Assembly (NCBI GenBank): GCA_902782245.1
Contig: CACZMI010000006.1
Location: 5,478 to 69,477 of the forward strand
Direction of reading: 5' to 3'
Length of the DNA stretch: 64,000 bases
DNA from: an uncultured Bacteroidales bacterium
GTDB taxonomy: Bacteria > Bacteroidota > Bacteroidia > Bacteroidales > Bacteroidaceae
A program made the position numbers and the translations under genes. How positions within the stretch are numbered: position 1 is the first letter of the stretch; each line of letters opens with the position of its first letter. Of this stretch, positions 58,537 to 64,000 are shown one piece after another. The notes beneath the pieces were generated by a model. It saw only the letters and a list, made by a program, of their open reading frames with translations, made no database searches and was not told the origin of the DNA.

Positions 58537-59145
58537 ATGGAACATTTCTTCAGTTTATTCGTAAGGTCGATATTCGTCGACAACATGATATTCGCTTTCT
58601 TCCTGGGTATGTGCTCATTCCTGGCCGTATCCAAGAATGTAAAGACGTCTTTGGGACTTGGTGTAGCTGTTATCTTTGTTGAGCTCATTACACTTCCCGT
58701 TAACTATCTGCTTCAGACCAAGGTTCTGGAGCCGATGGGTCTGGAATTCCTCAGTTTCATCCTTTTCATCGCTGTTATCGCCGGTATAGTCCAGCTGGTT
58801 GAGATGGTGGTCGAGAAATTCTCACCGTCACTCTACAACTCACTGGGTATATTCCTGCCGCTTATCGCTGTGAACTGCGCCATCATGGGTGCATCACTGT
58901 TCATGCAGCAGCGTATCGGCATGGATCCGGACAACACTCAGGCCATCACCTCTTTCGGTGACTCAATCGCTTACGCACTGGGTTCCGGTATTGGTTGGGC
59001 TTTGGCTATCGTCTGCCTGGCTGCCATCCGCGAGAAGATGGAATACTGCGATATCCCCAAGCCTCTGAAGGGTGTGGGCATTACATTCATTACCGTGGGC
59101 CTGATGGCTATGGCTTTCATGTGCTTCTCAGGTCTGGCAATTTAA
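58537..59145 (+). CDS. nqrE: NQR subunit E
   Basis: 202 aa. [12 protein letters not shown] and LIAVNCAI motifs (the conserved Cys residues of NqrE/RnfA). Confidence 0.95.
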   Translation: MEHFFSLFVRSIFVDNMIFAFFLGMCSFLAVSKNVKTSLGLGVAVIFVELITLPVNYLLQTKVLEPMGLEFLSFILFIAVIAGIVQLVEMVVEKFSPSLYNSLGIFLPLIAVNCAIMGASLFMQQRIGMDPDNTQAITSFGDSIAYALGSGIGWALAIVCLAAIREKMEYCDIPKPLKGVGITFITVGLMAMAFMCFSGLAI

Positions 59146-59157
59146 AAAGGTAATATT

Positions 59158-60426
59158 ATGAACAACATCTATATTTCAAGTATTATAGTTTTCCTGGCCG
59201 TTATCCTGCTGCTGGTAGTTATCCTGCTGGTGGCCAAGAGCTACCTTGTTGCCTCAGGCAAGGTCAAGGTAACCATCAACGGCGACAAGGAACTTGAGGT
59301 GAATTCAGGCGCAAGCCTCTTGAGCACTCTGGCCGAGAATGGTGTTTATCTGCCCTCTGCCTGCGGCGGTAAGGGTTCTTGCGGACAGTGCAAATGCCAG
59401 GTCGTTGAGGGTGGCGGTGAGATTCTGGACTCTGAGAAGGGTCACTTCACTCGCAAGCAGATCAAGGACAACTGGCGTCTGGGTTGCCAGTGCAAGGTCA
59501 AGGGTGACCTGGCCATCAAGGTTCCCGAGAGCGTTCTCGGTGTCAAGGAGTGGGAGTGCGAGGTTATCTCCAACAAGAACGTGGCTACCTTCATCAAGGA
59601 GTTCATCGTGCAGCTTCCTCCCGGAGAGCACATGGATTTCCTGCCCGGAAGTTACGCTCAGATCAAGATTCCCGCATACTCTATGGATTATGATAAGGAT
59701 ATCGATAAGGACCTCATCGGCCCTGAGTATCTGCCTGCATGGGAGAAGTTCGGTCTCTTTGGCCTTAAATCGGTCGTAAAGGAGCCTACCATCCGTGCTT
59801 ACTCTATGGCCAACTATCCTGCCGAGGGTGACCGCATCATGCTGACAGTACGTATCGCTACTCCTCCGTTCAAACCCAAACCAGAGGTTGGTTTCCAGGA
59901 TGTTCCCACCGGTGTGGCTTCATCTTACATCTTCAGCCTCAAACCCGGTGACAAGGTTATCATGTCAGGTCCTTACGGTGAGTTCCATCCTATCTTTGAC
60001 TCCAAGAAGGAGATGATTTGGGTTGGCGGCGGTGCCGGTATGGCTCCTCTGCGTGCACAGATCATGCACATGACCAAGACTCTTAAGACCACTGACCGTG
60101 AGATGCATTACTTCTACGGTGCACGTGCCCTTAATGAGGTGTTCTACCTGCAGGATTTCCTGGGTCTGGAGAAGGAGTTCCCCAACTTCCACTTCCATCT
60201 GGCTCTGGACCGTCCGGATCCCGCAGCCGATGCAGCAGGCGTCAAGTACACTCCCGGATTTGTTCACAACGTTATGTACGAGACCTATCTTAAGGACCAT
60301 GAGGCTCCTGAGGATATCGAGTACTACATGTGCGGTCCCGGCCCCATGTCAAAGGCCGTTACCGGTATGCTGGACAACCTGGGCGTTGATCCCGCCTCCA
60401 TCATGTACGATAACTTTGGCGGATAA
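59158..60426 (+). CDS. nqrF: NQR subunit F
   Basis: 422 aa. TM anchor, 2Fe-2S ferredoxin motif CGGKGSCGQCKC, FAD motif RAYSMANYP and NADH motif GGGAGMAP. Confidence 0.97.
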   Translation: MNNIYISSIIVFLAVILLLVVILLVAKSYLVASGKVKVTINGDKELEVNSGASLLSTLAENGVYLPSACGGKGSCGQCKCQVVEGGGEILDSEKGHFTRKQIKDNWRLGCQCKVKGDLAIKVPESVLGVKEWECEVISNKNVATFIKEFIVQLPPGEHMDFLPGSYAQIKIPAYSMDYDKDIDKDLIGPEYLPAWEKFGLFGLKSVVKEPTIRAYSMANYPAEGDRIMLTVRIATPPFKPKPEVGFQDVPTGVASSYIFSLKPGDKVIMSGPYGEFHPIFDSKKEMIWVGGGAGMAPLRAQIMHMTKTLKTTDREMHYFYGARALNEVFYLQDFLGLEKEFPNFHFHLALDRPDPAADAAGVKYTPGFVHNVMYETYLKDHEAPEDIEYYMCGPGPMSKAVTGMLDNLGVDPASIMYDNFGG

Positions 60427-60453
60427 TACAAAAGGGGACAGACCCCTTTTGTA
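60427..60453. terminator. Perfect 11-bp hairpin immediately after the nqrF stop
   Basis: TACAAAAGGGG-ACAGA-CCCCTTTTGTA. Confidence 0.6.
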
Positions 60454-60474
60454 TCATTTTCAAAAAAATGGAAT

Positions 60475-60505
60475 AGCGGCTCTCTTTGCGGGGGCCGCTT
60501 TTTTT
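60475..60505 (+). terminator. Rho-independent terminator of the nqr operon
   Basis: Stem GCGGCTCTC / GGGGGCCGC (with G-U pairs) followed by T7. Confidence 0.75.
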
Positions 60506-60514
60506 GTTCCCATT

Positions 60515-60661
60515 CTCCGCCAAAGTGTCCCACAATAATCGGCTCTGTGGGCTTTGTGGAGCCGATGAGCGTGGGACACACCCTCATCTAAGGCTCGTGT
60601 CCCACACCAACCCGCGTCAGAACGTATTGTCGATAGGGCGAGTGTGGGACACTTTGGCGAG
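60515..60661. repeat. Nested palindromic element: 17-bp perfect terminal inverted repeats enclosing two internal hairpins, with four copies of GTGTCCCAC in alternating orientation
   Basis: The left inverted repeat CGCCAAAGTGTCCCACA (60518-60534) is the exact reverse complement of 60643-60659. Inner hairpins are ATCGGCTC/GAGCCGAT (60538-45 / 60559-66) and GTGGGACAC/GTGTCCCAC (60571-79 / 60597-605). Non-coding. Confidence 0.75.
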
Positions 60662-60759
60662 ATTGCCATTAAAAGAACCTGAGTCAACCTTTTTTAGGGA
60701 AACACATTTTGCAACAGTTTTGCAGCGCTGTTTTGTTGTTTTGATGATAGGGGAGTACT

Positions 60760-60767
60760 TACATTTG
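60760..60767 (+). promoter_or_regulatory. -7 box TACATTTG for the secreted-protein cluster
   Basis: Matches TAnnTTTG 21 nt upstream of the ATG at 60788. Confidence 0.4.
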
Positions 60768-60787
60768 TTGCAAAAAATCAATGAATT

Positions 60788-61186
60788 ATGAAAAAGCGTT
60801 TGGTTCTTTTGGCTTTTTTGCTGCAGGTTGCTGCAGTTTCCGTGTTTGCTCAGAGTAAGCCCCATGCGGGTGACACAATCTCCGGTATTGTTTGTGACAG
60901 TTTAGGTCCTATGATGATGGTAAACGTAACGGAGCGTGATTCATCGGACCTTGTTGTAGCACATTCTGTTACTGATTTTTGGGGCTATTTCTCTTTCCGT
61001 CTAGTCAACCCGGATGACAGGATACGGATATCCTACGTAGGTTATGAAACCGTGAATATTCCTATTGACACGACCTTCATTGAAATAAAGATGAAAGAAC
61101 AGGATGATCTGCCTCCGGTAGAGATCACTACAGATCCCGGTTATAAGACAACAGGTATCCCCATACCGATCCGTGATAGTCAGTAA
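60788..61186 (+). CDS. Small secreted protein with a stand-alone CarboxypepD_reg-like domain
   Basis: 132 aa. Signal peptide ...VSVFAQ, then ISGIVCDSLGPMMMVNVTE...GYFSFRLVNPDDRIRISYVGYET. It is clearly paralogous to the 7723..8226 product. Confidence 0.8.
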   Translation: MKKRLVLLAFLLQVAAVSVFAQSKPHAGDTISGIVCDSLGPMMMVNVTERDSSDLVVAHSVTDFWGYFSFRLVNPDDRIRISYVGYETVNIPIDTTFIEIKMKEQDDLPPVEITTDPGYKTTGIPIPIRDSQ

Positions 61187-61282
61187 ATTGATTTAAGCAT
61201 TATTATGAGAAAAGTTCTTTAACAGGAGACGCATTTTGGGTATAAATCAGTTTAGAGAATAGATAGCCGGATTAATTGCTTT

Positions 61283-61768
61283 ATGAGAAAGAATTTATTG
61301 TTTTTGATTCCAGTCTTTATGATGGTGTGCTTTCCTTTGAGTGCACAGCAGGTGGGTACTGCAGAGAAGAATAGTGCGGAATTGCAGACTAAACTGGATT
61401 CTACACTTGAAAGGATTAATGAATTGAGCCAGATGAGCAGAGAACAGCTGGATTCCTTGGTCAGAAAGAATATTGAAGATATGCACAAGCCGATAGAGTC
61501 TGCTCCTAAAGCGGGAGGAAGGGTTAACGGACATGTACTTGACGCTGACGGCAATCCTATTGAAAATAAAGAGGTAAGGATCTGTGAGCGTGATTTTGTG
61601 GATCGTGCCGTTACAATTACCAATGCAGACCAGAAAGACGGTTTCTTTATGCTTATAGGTATTAAAAGCACGGACAATTATCTGTCTTTCGAGGCCGATG
61701 GGTATGAAAAGCTGTCTTTCCCGATTGACCGCGGGACTTATGAGATTAGGTTGAAACCAATACAATAG
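61283..61768 (+). CDS. Small secreted protein: coiled-coil segment plus a CarboxypepD_reg-like domain
   Basis: 161 aa. Signal peptide ...FPLSAQ, a helical region, then GRVNGHVLDADGNPIENKEV...LSFEADGYEKLSF. Confidence 0.78.
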   Translation: MRKNLLFLIPVFMMVCFPLSAQQVGTAEKNSAELQTKLDSTLERINELSQMSREQLDSLVRKNIEDMHKPIESAPKAGGRVNGHVLDADGNPIENKEVRICERDFVDRAVTITNADQKDGFFMLIGIKSTDNYLSFEADGYEKLSFPIDRGTYEIRLKPIQ

Positions 61769-61769
61769 A

Positions 61770-62528
61770 ATGAATATGAGAATGTATCTTAAGCCGGTTT
61801 TATCCGGTCTTTTGCTGATGTTTGCAATGTCGGCTATGGCGCAGAGAACAAATGAGTATCTGCAACCTTGTGACAAACCGCTTCCAACGTATACGATGGT
61901 ATGGAGTGGTAATATGCTTGAAGACCCCGAAGGCTTCCAGAAACAGATGGAGGAAATGATGAAATCTCCCAGAAATTATGACGTGGTATGCTGGAGCACA
62001 AAAGTTGAACCGTCTTTTGAGGAGAGCTATGAAATCCAATGTGTCTGCAACAGCCAGTCTATGGAGTGTCGTCTGGAACTAAAAGTGCAGAATCAGACAG
62101 AGCCTCACGTGCTTGAAATAGATGAGGAACTAGCTTATCAGATGAGGAATCTGATAGATGCTGCGGTTTATTCGGCCAGTAATCTGCCTGATAAACAGTG
62201 GATGCAACAGAAACTGGATATCCTTAAGTCCGGAGAGGGCGTAATGGCTATGGTCGCCGGTCTTGATGGAACTACCTATCGATTCTTCAACAGACAATAC
62301 GGCGCAAAATGTTGGTCTCCAAGAAACGGTAATAACGCCGCTCTTGTGGCAATTAACCAGGCTATGTACGATGCCATTGGGAAAAAGGATGTTGAGATAA
62401 TCAATTCCAAACTTTCTGATATCAAGAGCCTGGCTAAGAAATATGCGTCGTTGCTACAGGATCCTTACCGCGAATATTATCTGCTCAGGATTGACAAGAA
62501 ACCTGCCAATTGGGTGACTGATTTCTGA
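61770..62528 (+). CDS. Secreted protein of unknown function, sharing a GLDG...CWSP domain with the next gene
   Basis: 252 aa. Signal peptide ...AMSAMAQ. GLDGTTYRFFNRQYGAKCWSP aligns with GLDGQMYFMFYKSDGAWCWSP in the 62581..63681 product. Confidence 0.75.
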   Translation: MNMRMYLKPVLSGLLLMFAMSAMAQRTNEYLQPCDKPLPTYTMVWSGNMLEDPEGFQKQMEEMMKSPRNYDVVCWSTKVEPSFEESYEIQCVCNSQSMECRLELKVQNQTEPHVLEIDEELAYQMRNLIDAAVYSASNLPDKQWMQQKLDILKSGEGVMAMVAGLDGTTYRFFNRQYGAKCWSPRNGNNAALVAINQAMYDAIGKKDVEIINSKLSDIKSLAKKYASLLQDPYREYYLLRIDKKPANWVTDF

Positions 62529-62562
62529 CACAGAACAATCAGTTCCCTGTGTCACTGTGTCA
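62526..62562 (+). repeat. 3' hairpin repeat, copy 1 (TGACACAGAA...CCCTGTGTCA..TGTGTCA), overlapping the stop codon
   Basis: TGACACAG (62526-33) pairs with CTGTGTCA (62547-54), and a second CTGTGTCA lies at 62555-62. A near-identical copy is at 63679-63719. Confidence 0.65.
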
Positions 62563-62580
62563 ATAATAAAAACTGGACTA

Positions 62581-63681
62581 ATGAAAAAGAATAATCATCT
62601 GCTGAGCCTCTTGCTGATCATGGCCCTGACAAGCCTGAATGCCGGTGCCCAGAATCTGTTTTCACCAATTACCAGGTCTCATTATGATTTTTGGGGCAAG
62701 TATATTGACAAATATTACACCCAATCAGCCGACGTCAACCTTATCATGCCGTCGGATATGATTATATCACCATCCATCCTGGAATCATTTGTGATGTATC
62801 AGGGTAAGATAAAGGTAACTTCGCAACAAGGGAAAGAGTATAGTGTAAAGTGTAGCCCGGAATTGTATAATTCTCTAAAGCTGTTGGCCAAACATACGGT
62901 TATGACATCTTCATACGCCAGCCGAAATATGGGTCTGGACGGTCAGATGTATTTCATGTTCTATAAATCTGACGGTGCATGGTGCTGGTCACCATATGGA
63001 ATGTGCAGTGACATAGTAACGGTATTCAAGGAAGTGATGAATGCTGTCCGAGACAAAGACGTCAAGCGTATGGAAAAACAGGTTTCGGCGGCAGATTCAT
63101 TGCGCCGTCTGATCAAGACCTTTTATCCTGAACAAGGCTGGCCTGTAACAGTGTCCGTTTCAACTCCCTGGACCGAAGACAACAAACTTGCACCCATTAA
63201 ACACTTAAGTCTATACTCGTCATTTGGCGGCGATATATTCAGTAACAACCTTGATGTGGTTTTTACATTCAGTGACAAGGATTTCAAGGAGGAGTATAGA
63301 AAACTGTATCGTGAAAAATATGAAAGCACCATCCGGCAGGTTGCACACAAGATTTATGCCCTGTCTGATTTTGCTGATGATGGTTATTACTTTTCATTCA
63401 TTGTTGATGAAAGTGTGACCGAGCCTCAGATCAGCAAAGACCAGAAGCAATTTGAAATCAAGCTTAAGGAAAGTGACCTTACTGTAGAAAAGATGTTATC
63501 ATTGCTTATTGAAATTCAGGCATCAGAAATACATCTTGATTGTGGCCCCGAATTCAATCCGGAGGCTTTCCGTCTGCCCGAAGGTACAACTGCTGATGAT
63601 ATTATCCGGAAACTCCCCGGCGTTACAATAGACAGCCTCAAGAATGTTTATGTAAACGGCAAGAAAGTGACACGTTTGTGA
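62581..63681 (+). CDS. Secreted protein of unknown function (paralogous N-terminal half; C-terminus resembles a TonB-receptor plug-leading motif)
   Basis: Start at MKKNNHLLSLLLIMALTSLNAGAQ (ATG at 62581; the track start at 62557 is a GTG inside the hairpin repeat). The C-terminus is DDIIRKLPGVTIDSLKNVYVNGKKV. Confidence 0.75.
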   Translation: MKKNNHLLSLLLIMALTSLNAGAQNLFSPITRSHYDFWGKYIDKYYTQSADVNLIMPSDMIISPSILESFVMYQGKIKVTSQQGKEYSVKCSPELYNSLKLLAKHTVMTSSYASRNMGLDGQMYFMFYKSDGAWCWSPYGMCSDIVTVFKEVMNAVRDKDVKRMEKQVSAADSLRRLIKTFYPEQGWPVTVSVSTPWTEDNKLAPIKHLSLYSSFGGDIFSNNLDVVFTFSDKDFKEEYRKLYREKYESTIRQVAHKIYALSDFADDGYYFSFIVDESVTEPQISKDQKQFEIKLKESDLTVEKMLSLLIEIQASEIHLDCGPEFNPEAFRLPEGTTADDIIRKLPGVTIDSLKNVYVNGKKVTRL

Positions 63682-63719
63682 CACAGAAGTATCGTTTCCC
63701 TGTGTCATGTGCTGTGTCA
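63679..63719 (+). repeat. 3' hairpin repeat, copy 2
   Basis: TGACACAGAAGTATCGTTTCCCTGTGTCATGTGCTGTGTCA. It overlaps the stop codons of both convergent genes. Confidence 0.65.
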
Positions 63720-64000
63720 TTGCATCTGCTCCAGCAGAGTATTGCATCGGTTGCGGAGGTAGGGAGTCAGCTTGGTGGGATTGCTCTTTAGCGGGTTGGG
63801 CAGGCAAATGGCGATGGATATGGCTTGTCTGCGGGTAAGTTTGCCGGCTTGACAATTAAAGTATTGCTGGGCGGCGGCTTCGGCACCATAGATGCCGGGG
63901 CCCATCTCAATCACATTGAGGTAGACTTCCATTATGCGGTCCTTGCTCCAGAGAAGCTCTATCAGAACTGTCCAGTAAGCTTCCCATATCTTCCTGGCGC
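63717..64000 (-). CDS. mtgA: Monofunctional peptidoglycan glycosyltransferase (GT51), C-terminal part (gene runs off the window end)
   Basis: The frame is open to the window edge: ...ARKIWEAYWTVLIELLWSKDRIMEVYLNVIEMGPGIYGAEAAAQQYF...LTRRQAISIAICLPNP, which matches the GT51 transglycosylase signature. Confidence 0.85.
   Translation of the reverse strand, partial: ARKIWEAYWTVLIELLWSKDRIMEVYLNVIEMGPGIYGAEAAAQQYFNCQAGKLTRRQAISIAICLPNPLKSNPTKLTPYLRNRCNTLLEQMQ

Noticed and set aside
60525-60652. Four GTGTCCCAC repeats, considered as a mini CRISPR array.
   Set aside because: The repeats are only 9-11 bp, alternate in orientation and have unequal spacers (37, 17 and 38 bp). No cas genes are present. 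The arrangement is palindromic, not direct.
60486-60791. 101-aa ORF, and the opposite-strand ORFs 60460..60687 and 60617..60865, covering the nqrF-downstream intergenic region.
   Set aside because: They start at non-ATG codons inside terminator hairpins and run through the palindromic element. Their translations are Arg/His/Leu-rich with no features. The region is better explained as non-coding structured DNA or RNA.

Overview
This is a chromosomal, mostly core-genome window of about 50% GC from a Bacteroidota genome, probably Bacteroidales. That placement is inferred from three things: TAnnTTTG -7 promoter boxes with very short leaders; many lipoprotein and signal-peptide genes; and a gene set that includes the Na+-NQR operon, TamB and DUF5063/DUF3256/DUF5103-type genes. 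I can support about 58 protein-coding genes.

Gene content by function:
- Cell division and RNA decay: rny (partial), zapA.
- Central metabolism: gap, fba, kdsA, xylA, xylB, and a GH31 alpha-xylosidase-like enzyme.
- Translation: serS, glnS, proS, rplU, rpmA, L31, miaA, truA, rsmE, rlmI.
- A tightly packed minus-strand block: ftsK, lolA-like, trxB, metF, metH, MFS transporter.
- An amino-acid ABC transporter, tamB, and the complete nqrABCDEF operon.
- At the 3' end, a small cluster of four signal-peptide proteins of unknown function, followed by a partial mtgA.

I found no rRNA, tRNA, CRISPR array, transposase, integrase, reverse transcriptase, phage module, toxin-antitoxin pair or recognisable defence gene. 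I therefore cannot claim a clear novel system.

The observations most worth a second look are:
1. NqrC carries an N-terminal rubredoxin-like CxxC...CxxC domain and a C-terminal Cys-rich acidic tail.
2. A roughly 145-bp nested-palindrome element with 17-bp perfect terminal inverted repeats and four copies of GTGTCCCAC. It lies between the nqr terminators and the secreted-protein cluster, and could be a MITE, an inverton or a structured RNA.
3. The secreted-protein cluster itself, which has internal paralogy and a shared 3' hairpin repeat.
4. A frameshift that splits the short-form cobalamin-dependent methionine synthase between its zinc ligands.
5. A promoter, 6-codon mini-ORF and double-hairpin arrangement upstream of a bifunctional-nuclease gene.

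All protein-family calls come from reading motifs in the supplied translations. No database search was possible.
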